A stretch of 64,000 nt of DNA from Candidatus Poseidoniaceae archaeon (GCA_938030705.1 CALHIR010000002.1:2515-66514), one strand, 5' to 3'. Shown: positions 21,571 through 31,404, numbered from the stretch's first letter. A program made the numbers and translations. Notes: generated by a model not told the origin, from the sequence alone.

Positions 21571-21933
21571 TTGGTTACGATGGTGGACTCGGTAGAAATC
21601 GGACGCGTTACCCTTCGAGACACGGTGTCAGTGGACCTTTCCGTCTGGATGCACCACCCCGATGATTGGGACTTCCGCCCGACCCTGAGCTATGCGGGCA
21701 ACACCCTCACCATCACCTGCGCGAACGAGGGCACGACCCTCGCTACCGTTGACCTTGATGACGAGCAGGACGAAGCTCTTCAGCGAGACCGAATGGCCGA
21801 ATTACGGGTCAAATTCCAAGTGCACGGCATGCACGGTCGCCTGAACGACATTCACCCCATCATCGCTGATGGGAAAGCCAAGAAGTTGGCAACGGCAAAC
21901 TGGAAGACGACGCAACCGGTCGAATTCAAGTGA
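21571..21933 (+). CDS. Hypothetical protein (120 aa)
   Basis: Co-directional ORF with no recognisable motif. Confidence 0.4.
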   Translation: MVTMVDSVEIGRVTLRDTVSVDLSVWMHHPDDWDFRPTLSYAGNTLTITCANEGTTLATVDLDDEQDEALQRDRMAELRVKFQVHGMHGRLNDIHPIIADGKAKKLATANWKTTQPVEFK

Positions 21934-21979
21934 AGTCCCAGCGAATCTTTGATAATGGTTCAATCCGTTTTCTTGGTTC

Positions 21980-22249
21980 ATGCCTCATCGGACAGGAAAA
22001 GGGAGCCAAAAACGAGCACGATTTGAACGACTTGCTGAAGAGGTTCGTCGTTTTGTATTCGCCAATCCGGGTTGTTCAGCACAAGCCATCGTCGCGAACC
22101 TCAACCACGATAAAAAAATGCGAAATCACGGCCTTACACCCCGCAAAGTCGGGTTCTTCATCACCCGCCACCTCTGCCATTCTTTGACGTGGTGGCAAGA
22201 CCACCGTGCTGGTCGACGCGTCTACGGCCCTTCGGGCGACGAGTCCTGA
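21980..22249 (+). CDS. Small basic protein with winged-helix-like segment (possible transcriptional regulator)
   Basis: 89 aa; FVFANPGCSAQAIVANL...GLTPRKVGFFITRHL resembles an HTH/wing. Fills an otherwise unassigned 379-nt gap. Confidence 0.35.
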   Translation: MPHRTGKGSQKRARFERLAEEVRRFVFANPGCSAQAIVANLNHDKKMRNHGLTPRKVGFFITRHLCHSLTWWQDHRAGRRVYGPSGDES

Positions 22250-22312
22250 AATCACTCCCCCAGCCTCGTCGTAGGCGGTTCGCTCATGTAGGGTCGGCAA
22301 CCTCGCCGACGC

Positions 22313-22978
22313 ATGGGGCACGAGGTTGCAGCGTATTTCGACCTCGACGGAACGCTTCTCAACGCGTCGAGCGAGAAAACCCTGACCGCCTACCTCGCTC
22401 GCCGCCGACCCTGGCGCATCCCATGGGGGACCATCGCGTGGACCACCGGCTTCATCACCAACATGGTTCGGGGCCGAGCCGTCTACGATGCAGCACGAAA
22501 CAGAGGGCACCTCTCGCTCGCCTCATGGCAGGTGCTCGAGCGGTATTCTCGCCACCTTGCACGTGAGAAACTGGAGGCTTTTATCCCTCCACAAGCGTGG
22601 GAAAAATTGGCTTGGCACCGTGAACAAGGCCATCGTTTGGTGCTGGTGACAGCGACGGTAGCGCCCATGGCCGAAGCGATGGCCGAGGTGCTCGGCATGG
22701 ACGCCGTATACGGCTGTGGCCCAGCGGTTCGTGAAGGTATTCTTTCAGGATCTGAACGGGGTTGGAGCGTGCCTCGACGCAAAGGCAAGGTCCCCGTCGT
22801 GAAGCAGGATGCCGAACAAAACGGCCACGACTTAGCAACATGCTACGGCTACGGCAACACGCTTGCAGATTCTTGGTTCATGGCCTTATGCGGCCATTCC
22901 ATCGCCGTCAGTCCCGAAGGGCCACTTCGTCGCCATGCTGAAGCCAATGGCTGGCAAATCGTTGACTGGACTTCATGA
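22313..22978 (+). CDS. HAD-superfamily hydrolase (subfamily IB, phosphoserine-phosphatase-like)
   Basis: Motif I YFDLDGTLL. Motif IV GYGNTLADSW. 221 aa. Confidence 0.7.
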   Translation: MGHEVAAYFDLDGTLLNASSEKTLTAYLARRRPWRIPWGTIAWTTGFITNMVRGRAVYDAARNRGHLSLASWQVLERYSRHLAREKLEAFIPPQAWEKLAWHREQGHRLVLVTATVAPMAEAMAEVLGMDAVYGCGPAVREGILSGSERGWSVPRRKGKVPVVKQDAEQNGHDLATCYGYGNTLADSWFMALCGHSIAVSPEGPLRRHAEANGWQIVDWTS

Positions 22979-23008
22979 GTTCATATACACTCATCCGTCA
23001 AGGCTAGC

Positions 23009-24007
23009 ATGAGCGAAGTGTTTGACGGGTTAGCAGCATTGTTTGGAGATAATTTTCGAGAAGAGACCGTGCAGGAACGCCGTCGCGATGACATGCTGGA
23101 TTCCATGTTGAACATCGCCAACGCTGCCAAGGTCGCCGCCAACCTGGTCAATGATATCGTCGAAGAACACGAAGACAGGATGCAAATTGACGATGAAGAC
23201 CACCTCATCATCGTTGGTCGGCTGGCCATCTATCGGGTCGACGTGAAATCCTTCATGGGGAAATTTGTGAATCCGTTCAGCTACAATTCCTTTGACGTGG
23301 TGGAGGTACATCCTAAATCAGGCTTGGTCAAGGAGCCAAAGACCGCTTGCGTTCAAGTTCTCCACCAAGAGAACATGCCAGCCTACGACCTGTTTGCTGG
23401 GTATCTCCTCGGCTTGCTTAACGACGAAGTCTCCTGGCTCCATGAGAGTTTAAGCCCACTTCGTCGCACCCTGTTTCACATCTATGGGCTTGCTCGCTCT
23501 CCTCTCTCTCCCAGCATGGAGCAACACTTTGCCAACACCGTGGGCGGTGGGTTTGATTTCACCAACGACACCTTCACCTTTGAAGGAACCAACGGATGGT
23601 CTTGGCGAATTCACTACGGCTTACCTCTGAACAAGGGGTACCGCATTGAATACCAAAAGCCACGACAAACTTGGTGGAACCTTCTGTTTGATGACCATGA
23701 TAAAGAAACCACAGGCCATTACGTGATGTGTGGCTTTTTCGAAATCGTTGAGCACCTCAACGAAGCTCCCGGTGGCCTGAAGGGCGCCAACGACTGGCAA
23801 ACCGACCCCATCCTTCTGCGAAAGATTGCTGCCGATTACCCCCCTCTTGCCAAATCTTTGGTGGATAAAATCACCAGCCCAGATTACGATGCTGAAGAAA
23901 TTTACACCGACTTCGAGGAACCCATTGAAGGCGAGAAGGCTGACATCATCAAGTCCCTCGACCTTCAAGTGCTTGAGACAGCAGGCATAGCCCTCGCTCA
24001 CGCTTGA
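23009..24007 (+). CDS. Hypothetical protein (332 aa)
   Basis: Long clean ORF ending 10 nt before the tRNA-Arg 3' end; no motif recognised. Confidence 0.5.
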   Translation: MSEVFDGLAALFGDNFREETVQERRRDDMLDSMLNIANAAKVAANLVNDIVEEHEDRMQIDDEDHLIIVGRLAIYRVDVKSFMGKFVNPFSYNSFDVVEVHPKSGLVKEPKTACVQVLHQENMPAYDLFAGYLLGLLNDEVSWLHESLSPLRRTLFHIYGLARSPLSPSMEQHFANTVGGGFDFTNDTFTFEGTNGWSWRIHYGLPLNKGYRIEYQKPRQTWWNLLFDDHDKETTGHYVMCGFFEIVEHLNEAPGGLKGANDWQTDPILLRKIAADYPPLAKSLVDKITSPDYDAEEIYTDFEEPIEGEKADIIKSLDLQVLETAGIALAHA

Positions 24008-24017
24008 GTGATTCAAC

Positions 24018-24094
24018 TGGCGGCCCCACCGCGATTCGAACACGGGTTCGAGGCTCCGCAAGCCTCTGTGATATCCAAGCTACACTATAGGGCC
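24018..24094 (-). tRNA. tRNA-Arg (anticodon GCG), CCA encoded
   Basis: Reverse complement: GGCCCTA-TA-GTGT...-GAGGC-TTGCGGA-GCCTC-GAAC-CCGTG-TTCGAAT-CGCGG-TGGGGCC-G-CCA. 7-bp acceptor stem with one G-U. 5-bp anticodon stem, U33, anticodon GCG. T-arm GTTCGAATC. Confidence 0.8.
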
Positions 24095-24187
24095 ATTTCG
24101 CCCGAATGGCCGCCCCCATTTAAGCGCGAGGGTGGGTCCTTTGGCCCCGAGGCAAGGGTTCATTGGCGACGCCTCAGTCCTTCCTCC

Positions 24188-24601
24188 ATGGCGGTTGAAA
24201 TTCAACGAGCGGTTGAGTTCTCGATGATCGACATGGCCAATGTGGCCTACTACCCCCGAATCTTCGATCTCGCTCACAAGGTGTTTGAGGAAGCATGGCT
24301 TCCGATGTGTGGCGTTTCATACCCCACGCTGATCAACGAACGAAGGGTTGGCTTTCCAGTGGTTTCCTTGACCTCAACGTTTCATGCCCCCCTTCGGTAC
24401 GGGGACACCATCACGGCATCCGTGGGCATCACCTCGATTGGCACCACATCATTGGGGTGGAAGTACGAGTTTCGAAACCCATCAGGCGAGACCCTGTGGG
24501 TCTCGGAGCAAGCAACGGTTTGTGTGAACATGGATACGATGGAAAAGCAACCCATCCCTGACGATTTACGGACTGGCTTAACGCAGCATTTGGAGGATTG
24601 A
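24188..24601 (+). CDS. Hotdog-fold acyl-CoA thioesterase (YbgC/4HBT-like)
   Basis: MAVEIQRAVEFSMIDMANVAYYPRIFDLAHKVFEEAW matches the 4HBT family. The track ORF start at 24008 runs across the minus-strand tRNA, so the internal ATG at 24188 (137 aa) is preferred. Confidence 0.7.
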   Translation: MAVEIQRAVEFSMIDMANVAYYPRIFDLAHKVFEEAWLPMCGVSYPTLINERRVGFPVVSLTSTFHAPLRYGDTITASVGITSIGTTSLGWKYEFRNPSGETLWVSEQATVCVNMDTMEKQPIPDDLRTGLTQHLED

Positions 24602-24605
24602 ACCC

Positions 24606-25184
24606 ATGGCAAACAACTCCTTGAACGATGTCAAACCCGACCGTACAGGCCCGAAAAACCTCGCCATCCTTCTCTTTCTCGGGTCCCTCCTCGTTTTGGT
24701 CTACGGTTATGCAGACCTCCAAGCTCACCGGTTTGGACTGAACGAAGCTCAAGTGGATACGTTGTTGGCGACGCCCAATGCACAGGGCGGCGAACCCACG
24801 ACGGTTGAGGACTACCGCGCGTTTGAGGAAGAAGCTCGGTCAAACCATGCTTTCCTTATCAGAGCCGTTTCCTTGTTGGTTTCCGGTGGGCTGTTACTCG
24901 TCGGGGCCGTTCTGCTTCATCGCTTGCGTCGGTTGGGAGCCTACCTCTGTACGGGCGGGGCGCTCATCGGATTGTTTGGAGGCGTTGGTGCCAGTTTCAT
25001 GGTTCGCTCCTCAGCACGAACCCATCTGCAAGATGCAGTGGTGACCACCTACGAGGCTTGGGTCTACATCTGCGGTGCCATGATGGGACTCTGCTTGGCT
25101 GTGGCGGCCTTGCCGTTGCTCAATCTTCGCGCCAGCATGGCCCTTCAACCCGTTCGCATGGTTGTGAACGATGAGTCAGAGTGA
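24606..25184 (+). CDS. Hypothetical membrane protein
   Basis: 192 aa with 4 predicted TM helices. Confidence 0.5.
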   Translation: MANNSLNDVKPDRTGPKNLAILLFLGSLLVLVYGYADLQAHRFGLNEAQVDTLLATPNAQGGEPTTVEDYRAFEEEARSNHAFLIRAVSLLVSGGLLLVGAVLLHRLRRLGAYLCTGGALIGLFGGVGASFMVRSSARTHLQDAVVTTYEAWVYICGAMMGLCLAVAALPLLNLRASMALQPVRMVVNDESE

Positions 25185-25631
25185 TCATTCAGATGGGCGT
25201 GGCCACTTTTTGGCAAGAGCCTTTCTCAAGTCCTCATCCATGATGGCGTTCCACCAATCGCTGCCCTGCCAAATGGCGTACTTGCCGCGAATACCCCGGA
25301 GGTCTGCCCCTTCAAATTGACAGTTTTTGAAATTAGAGAGGTTGAGCCGGGCTTTGCGAAGGTCGGCCCCCCGAAAGTCCGAGTGGTCAAAAGCAGATTT
25401 CATCAAATCCGCTTCCACCATGGAGGCACGCCGAAAATCACACGACGTGAAATCTCCCTCGGTAAGGTCCGCCCGGTCAAAGATGGTCCGTCGAAAATTC
25501 GAGCCGCTGTGCCGGCCTTTTCGAAGAATGGATTCGGTGTGATTCTGAAATGAATAGTCCACAATCACGGCCTCTTCCGCCGTGGTTTCGTCGTCTCGAG
25601 GGTCGCCTTGTCCACCGCCCGACATCACCAT
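25185..25631 (-). CDS. Pentapeptide-repeat protein
   Basis: Tandem A(D/N)LxxA(D/N)F-type repeats (DLTEGDFTSCDFRRASMVEADLMKSAFDHSDFRGADLRKARLNLSNFKNCQFEGADLRG). Confidence 0.7.
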   Translation of the reverse strand: MVMSGGGQGDPRDDETTAEEAVIVDYSFQNHTESILRKGRHSGSNFRRTIFDRADLTEGDFTSCDFRRASMVEADLMKSAFDHSDFRGADLRKARLNLSNFKNCQFEGADLRGIRGKYAIWQGSDWWNAIMDEDLRKALAKKWPRPSE

Positions 25632-25640
25632 GCGTTCACC

Positions 25641-26144
25641 TCAAGCGTTGGAGCGCTTGTCGAGGTGTGCTTGGCCTTCGGGTGTAAGGATTGCGAATCG
25701 GTTTTTATCGTCCTTTCCAGAGGGTACCATGAGGAAATTCCGTTCCTTCAACCGGTTGAGGTACAACGAAAGGTTTCCCGGCGGGTCAATGCCAGCATCA
25801 GTGAACAACTCGTTCACGATGCGAGGGGGGCTGTCTTCAACCCCTTCGACGTTGCGCAAGTAGTGAATAGCGCCGAGGACTTGGTCGGGTTTTCTCGTGA
25901 GCGCACAATTTTCGAGCAAGGCACGGAAGGCTGAACCGCGTTCAGGAAGGCCAGCGTTACGGGCAGCGACGACGGCCGCTTCAAGGGCGTACTCCCGGGC
26001 TTCACGAATGCGCTCGAGCAAGACCGTCCACGTGTGTTCGGCTTTGACATGCGTCAACTGCTCGTCAATTTGTATCGCTGCGCCTTCCAGGTCAATTTCT
26101 ACATCGCCTGCTTGAATGGTGAGTCTCAATATCCACGCCCTCAA
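25641..26144 (-). CDS. Hypothetical protein with C-terminal winged-helix-like region
   Basis: 167 aa; co-directional and tightly spaced with the pentapeptide protein. Confidence 0.4.
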   Translation of the reverse strand: MRAWILRLTIQAGDVEIDLEGAAIQIDEQLTHVKAEHTWTVLLERIREAREYALEAAVVAARNAGLPERGSAFRALLENCALTRKPDQVLGAIHYLRNVEGVEDSPPRIVNELFTDAGIDPPGNLSLYLNRLKERNFLMVPSGKDDKNRFAILTPEGQAHLDKRSNA

Positions 26145-26273
26145 AATTTACTCAACTCTATTCATTCATAACATTATGTTGGAAAAAAAAATACATTTTT
26201 ACACGAATTTAGGGGTTCACAAAGGCGAAACCGCCTTAATAGTGTGGGGAGCACCTCAACATGAGGCCTCTCG
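26145..26273. promoter_or_regulatory. AT-rich divergent intergenic/promoter region upstream of the FG-GAP giant gene
   Basis: About 130 nt at ~35% GC, against ~59% flanks. A9 tract and TATA-like atacatttttaca lie ~70 nt upstream of ATG 26274. Confidence 0.4.
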
Positions 26274-29200
26274 ATGATACGTCGCCATTTCCTTGGTTTG
26301 CTCTTTGTTTTCCTCTTCCTCGCTCCAGCATGGTCGGTCATGTTTGCTCAAGCCGGTGGAGGAAACATCACCACGTTTTCAACAGGAAATGCCGAGGAAA
26401 CCGTGGTTATCACCTCCGGACAGCATGCCACCATCGGCTTTACCGTCAACCGAAACACGACGATCACCTCATCCCTTTTCACAATCAAACCGACCACCGG
26501 GTCGTCTCCAGGGGCCGTGGATATTGACGCCAATGCCGACGGTGTCCCCGAATGGTCGTTCAACAGCACCGGCTACGGAGGTTTTGGTCATCAGACGGTG
26601 TTTACAACGGATAACACCTCAACATCGATTTCAATCAACCCCAACCAAGGCGCCGTGACGAACCCCGATTCGCCTCCGTTCTACCTGCCTTCTGGGGCCA
26701 CCGTTTCCAGTTCAACCCTCGAGATAGGCTTCTCTCCATCCCTCATTGGAGGGTTCTATTCAACGGGCTACATTCATGCTGTTGACAAGGGTGACTTTGA
26801 CAACGACAGCAAGGTCGATTTCGCTTTGCTGTCGAGAACCGCCAACGTCTCATCAAACGCCACCACCCCGCAAGGTACGGTTGCCGCGTTTCGCATTGCG
26901 TCCCACGACAACGCTACCGGGGTTACGCTGTCGTCATGGGTGCCAACCTGCACCAACGCCACGCGCATCATCGCCGCTGACGTCAACGGCGATTATTTCG
27001 ACGATGTGGTGGGCTACGCTCCGGCAGACGACCAACTTTGTATTCATTTCACCAACACCACCAGCGGCGGTTTTGAGCCACAGGTGAACGTGACACACGC
27101 CTCGTCAATCATCGACTTGGCGTTCGGTGACTTCACGGGGAACGGTTTGGATGAAATGATTTCCATTCAATCCAACGGCAAGGTCTCCATTGACGAGTTC
27201 AGCAACCGCTCAAACACCTTTTCCAACCGCGATGACACTACGGTCTACAACTCGGGCTCGACAAGCCCGGCGACCTTAACCCACATGTTGTTCGCCCATT
27301 TTGACGGCCCCCAGAACCTTCCCGCGCTGATCGCCTGCCAAGCCAATGGCGACGCAACCATCATGTTGTGGGCCACCAACACCAACACCATCGCTTCAGG
27401 AAACACCCTCTCCGGCGTCTCTTCGGACGCCGTGGTCGGCGACTTTGACGGCGATCAAGATTTGGACATCGTGGCCTCCACGGCCAACGGTCATCGTTCA
27501 TTTGAGAACAATGGCGCCACAGGGTGGAGCGCCGATAGCCACACCCGCCTCCTCACACTGACCAACGCCACCATCCTCGACTATGACTTGGACATTGCTG
27601 CGCACTTGTTGGTCCCGAATGTTGGTACCAACGACGGCAACCCCGCCACTTTCACCGGCAACATCTCGGCCTACGGTTTCCAAAACGGGAACAACTACGA
27701 TAACCGAGTTCGCGGCCAGACCAGTGAAGTCTTGGTGCCATGGACGTCGCCTCGTGCCATTCACTTTGGCGACATGGACGGCGATGGCTCCATCGAACAA
27801 CTCATTCTTGCAGGCGAAGGCAGTCAACACGGCGTCTTCATCTCAGCCTACCATCGCGTGGGCTACGACATGGACAAGGACGGCTCGGTTGATATTGAAG
27901 CCGGAGGTTATGCCGGTAACGGCACCAATGGACTGCCACCGCTTCTGCTCCAGGACACCACGGGGAACTTCACCACCACGCTGAACCTCCTCTCCCAGGG
28001 TCTGCCTTCCACTCCAGATGGATATGGTATCAACATGGTCTCGGTGAACCTCTCGATGTTTTCCATCACACAAGGGACCTTCACCTACGACAACTTGGAT
28101 GTCCGTTATGTCGCAGATTTTGAGGTAAAAGTCAATCCTTCGGTTTCCGGAAACTTGAGCAACGTCATCAACCAGCAGATGACGGCCGGTTCAGGCACGC
28201 TTCACATTCCACTGCATTTCAACACGACCACAGACGGCAGCGTGGTGGTGTCCAGCCCCGAATTGGCCTACGTCGACGGCGCTCCAAACATTGCCTTGCC
28301 CCCCACACCCGTGCTCTCTATCGTCGATTTGCAGCCCGACCGCGTCCTCATAGAGTGGCAACCCATCACCGAGTTCGGTGATGATTTACTCGACTTTGCA
28401 GTCTACCGTTCGGTCAAAGGCCAAGCATTGGACCTGCAAAATGCTCATGCCAACACCATTTCCAACAGCATCATTGATGTCGCTGTTCAACCCGGTCAGT
28501 CGTGGACCTATTGGGTGCAGAGCGTCCATAGTTTCGGCGTAACCAGTAACATTTCCTCACCCTTGAGCATCACCGTGCCGTATCCTACGCCGGAATCCTT
28601 CCTTCCCAACCTCACGGCAGTGGACGTACCCGATGACGAGGGAGGCGCCATGAACATCTCTTGGAGCCCGGGGAATGAATCCATTGTTGAACACCATGTG
28701 TTTGTTTTCTCATCGGATTTCAACGACGTGAGCGGTCGAACCACGGCCATCACCGCAGGGGCCAATGCCACCTCCGTTGAGATCACGAGTGACAGCTCGG
28801 GGACACAACTTGTTGACGGTTCGCCGTACTACGTCGCCGCCATCGGCGTGGACATGTACGGCAACGCCTCAACCAACGTCACGGCCATTGGACCCATTTA
28901 CACCCGCAACGATACGGGCTTGCCCACGACCTTGGACGTAACCTACACCGACTTCACGGAGAACGAACTGGCCGAAACCGTCCTTCTTGCCAGAACACGA
29001 GGACTTGCGATTGAGGCGCACCTCCACCAAGCAGGCGAGGCCATTGCCAACGCAACACTGACCCTCACCATCACCGACGATGATGATGCCTTAACGCTGA
29101 ACATGACCACCGACGAGCGAGGGGAAGCATCCCTCACCATCGATGCACTGTCGAGCCTTGGGCCAATTGAAGCCGTAGGGGCGATGTCCCTTGTCGTGAA

Positions 29201-30590
29201 TTATGCCGGTAGCGAGGGGGATGAACAAAACCAACCCTTGCTGGGTAGCCAAGACAGCCAAGATGCCTACGGGACAGTGATGATCACCATCACGCCCGAT
29301 GAACCTCTCCCGTTGCAATCTGACGAACGATTTGAGACCCTGTTGATGGTGGACGCCGATGATGCGACGCAAAACGCTTACCTCGCCAACTTAGCGGTCT
29401 CTTGGAGCGCCGCCGATGCAGGAGGGAACCAAACCAGCAACGGAACGGCTGAGGCCCGAGGGAATGAACTCTCAGTCGTTGGTTTGGGGGCGTACGACGG
29501 GCGTTTGACCGTCCGATTGAACACCGACCCCCCGGTCTTTTACATTCCAGGCATGACGGCTTCGTACGCTTTCGAATCATCTCCTGAACCCAGCGAAAAC
29601 GAAACCAACACCAACAACGAGACCAACCAGACCACCGGTCCGACCTTCCCCGATGTTACCCTGAAAGCCACCGTGGATTGCGGAACAGCCACGTACGAAT
29701 GGGACAGCAACGCTACGGATGTTCTCATCACCTGCACCGTCACCAACCCAAACCCCTTCGACGTGATGGTTGGGTTCGCATGGAAGGTCGTCCCGGGCAC
29801 GCCACCCGCTATTGAACTGGTGCACAACGAAGCAGATGGCGATACACCATCCCTCACGGCAGAGGCCAACGGTACGGTTGACCTTACGTTCTCATTGGTT
29901 CGAAACGGCCCAACAGAAGGCATGTTCCCAGGCCTGCAGGGTGAAGGCTACATTGTCTCCCTCACCTGTCTTGACGTCGGCGACAACGCCTGTGATACCA
30001 TGACAGAGCCGACGGCATCTACTGAGGGAGAACTCCAGTGGACGCTTGGTGAGATGCCCGTCCAAATCGTGGATAACAATCCGGTTGAAGACGGAGCCGA
30101 GGGGGCCATGACGCCCGTTCTCGTGGGCATTGGTATCGTCATTGCGCTCATTGCCGGCGTGGTTGGCGTACTCTTCATGCGAAACAACATGGACGACGAT
30201 TTCTTTGACGACGACGATGAAGAAGACTACTACGAGGAAGCCATCAACGCTCCAGCATCGGTGCCGGGGTCGAAGTCCGTTGACTTGGGTACTTCCAAAT
30301 CGCTTGATGAGTTGAAGAGTTCAGGAAAAGCCCTCCACACCGCTGCTCCCGAAGGCCTTGCCAACTCGCCAACTCTCGGCAGCAGCGCCGACGCCTTTGA
30401 GTTCGGAGCCACCGCCGAGGACGCCATCCAAGAAGTGGAAGAGAGCGAGGAAGAATGGGCTGAGGAAGAAGCATCGGCCGAAGACGGCATCACCATCGAT
30501 GAAGAAGGCACCGAGTGGTGGGAAGACGAAGAAGGCGTCTGGTGGTACCGCGAAGAGGGCTGGGACGACTGGGCCGTTTGGGAAGAATGA
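26274..30590 (+). CDS. Giant surface protein with FG-GAP/VCBS-like and FN3-like repeats, C-terminal TM anchor and Trp/acidic cytoplasmic tail
   Basis: Signal peptide MIRRHFLGLLFVFLFLAPAWS. FG-GAP-like DVNGDYFDDVVG / GDFDGDQDLDIV / GDMDGDGSIEQL. TM VLVGIGIVIALIAGVVGVLF. Tail DDDFFDDDDEEDYYEE...WWEDEEGVWWYREEGWDDWAVWEE. Confidence 0.8.
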   Translation: MIRRHFLGLLFVFLFLAPAWSVMFAQAGGGNITTFSTGNAEETVVITSGQHATIGFTVNRNTTITSSLFTIKPTTGSSPGAVDIDANADGVPEWSFNSTGYGGFGHQTVFTTDNTSTSISINPNQGAVTNPDSPPFYLPSGATVSSSTLEIGFSPSLIGGFYSTGYIHAVDKGDFDNDSKVDFALLSRTANVSSNATTPQGTVAAFRIASHDNATGVTLSSWVPTCTNATRIIAADVNGDYFDDVVGYAPADDQLCIHFTNTTSGGFEPQVNVTHASSIIDLAFGDFTGNGLDEMISIQSNGKVSIDEFSNRSNTFSNRDDTTVYNSGSTSPATLTHMLFAHFDGPQNLPALIACQANGDATIMLWATNTNTIASGNTLSGVSSDAVVGDFDGDQDLDIVASTANGHRSFENNGATGWSADSHTRLLTLTNATILDYDLDIAAHLLVPNVGTNDGNPATFTGNISAYGFQNGNNYDNRVRGQTSEVLVPWTSPRAIHFGDMDGDGSIEQLILAGEGSQHGVFISAYHRVGYDMDKDGSVDIEAGGYAGNGTNGLPPLLLQDTTGNFTTTLNLLSQGLPSTPDGYGINMVSVNLSMFSITQGTFTYDNLDVRYVADFEVKVNPSVSGNLSNVINQQMTAGSGTLHIPLHFNTTTDGSVVVSSPELAYVDGAPNIALPPTPVLSIVDLQPDRVLIEWQPITEFGDDLLDFAVYRSVKGQALDLQNAHANTISNSIIDVAVQPGQSWTYWVQSVHSFGVTSNISSPLSITVPYPTPESFLPNLTAVDVPDDEGGAMNISWSPGNESIVEHHVFVFSSDFNDVSGRTTAITAGANATSVEITSDSSGTQLVDGSPYYVAAIGVDMYGNASTNVTAIGPIYTRNDTGLPTTLDVTYTDFTENELAETVLLARTRGLAIEAHLHQAGEAIANATLTLTITDDDDALTLNMTTDERGEASLTIDALSSLGPIEAVGAMSLVVNYAGSEGDEQNQPLLGSQDSQDAYGTVMITITPDEPLPLQSDERFETLLMVDADDATQNAYLANLAVSWSAADAGGNQTSNGTAEARGNELSVVGLGAYDGRLTVRLNTDPPVFYIPGMTASYAFESSPEPSENETNTNNETNQTTGPTFPDVTLKATVDCGTATYEWDSNATDVLITCTVTNPNPFDVMVGFAWKVVPGTPPAIELVHNEADGDTPSLTAEANGTVDLTFSLVRNGPTEGMFPGLQGEGYIVSLTCLDVGDNACDTMTEPTASTEGELQWTLGEMPVQIVDNNPVEDGAEGAMTPVLVGIGIVIALIAGVVGVLFMRNNMDDDFFDDDDEEDYYEEAINAPASVPGSKSVDLGTSKSLDELKSSGKALHTAAPEGLANSPTLGSSADAFEFGATAEDAIQEVEESEEEWAEEEASAEDGITIDEEGTEWWEDEEGVWWYREEGWDDWAVWEE

Positions 30591-30617
30591 TATTTCCGTG
30601 AGCCTTTTGATTGGGCC

Positions 30618-31403
30618 TTGACTGGGAGAGACGGAGGGACGAAAATGGATGCGAATTTGCAGACTTACTCGCTTGTTCTCCACCAAGGCGCTGACCCCCG
30701 GACTGGCGGCGTTGCCGTTTGTGGCTTCACGACGGCGGGCATGGTCGGCGTCATTTCCACCTCGCACATCATCAAAACACTCGGCCTCAAGCAGCTTGGA
30801 ACGGTCATGCACAAGGATTTCCCCGCGGTAGCCCTCATCCATGATGAGGTGCCAAAGCACCCCGTTCGGGTTTACCAAGGTGAGAACATTGGGGTGTTCA
30901 CCTCGGAAATCCAATTTGGTACCGAGACCGACATCATGTTTGCTTCAACCGTGTTGGAATGGTTCACAAAAGGTGGCTTTGACCGACTGATCATCATCGA
31001 TGGCATCACCCGACCTGAAAAAGAATTGAGCACCGGCGAATTGTTCGGTGTCGGTTCCATTCCAGCCGCTCGAGCCCGCCTCAAGAAACTCGACATTGAA
31101 CCCATTCAACAGGGCATCGTTTCCGGTATAACCGGCTTTTTGCTGGGCGAAGGTGACCGACTTGGCATTGACATCACGGCGCTTCTTTCCGAGGCCAGTC
31201 CGATGTACCCCGACGCCCGAGCAGCGGCTCTTGCGGTTGAGGCTGTGGGGGATTTGACCGGTTTTGAGATTCCACTGACCGAACTGCTCGAAAACGCTCG
31301 TTCCATCGAGGACAGTGTGCGGGACATCATCGAAAACGCATCACAGATGTTGCCAGCACCCGATGAGGCCGACATCACGGACATTGACCCGTCCTTTGGG
31401 TGA
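30618..31403 (+). CDS. PAC2-family proteasome assembly chaperone-like protein (second paralog)
   Basis: GFTTAGMVGVISTSHIIKTLGLKQLG...HPVRVYQG matches the PAC2/COG1938 pattern. Confidence 0.7.
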   Translation: MTGRDGGTKMDANLQTYSLVLHQGADPRTGGVAVCGFTTAGMVGVISTSHIIKTLGLKQLGTVMHKDFPAVALIHDEVPKHPVRVYQGENIGVFTSEIQFGTETDIMFASTVLEWFTKGGFDRLIIIDGITRPEKELSTGELFGVGSIPAARARLKKLDIEPIQQGIVSGITGFLLGEGDRLGIDITALLSEASPMYPDARAAALAVEAVGDLTGFEIPLTELLENARSIEDSVRDIIENASQMLPAPDEADITDIDPSFG

Positions 31404-31404
31404 T

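Noticed and set aside
23009-24100. Possible integrated mobile element at tRNA-Arg
   Set aside because: There is no integrase or recombinase, no att direct repeat of the tRNA 3' end that I could find, and no compositional shift across the tRNA.
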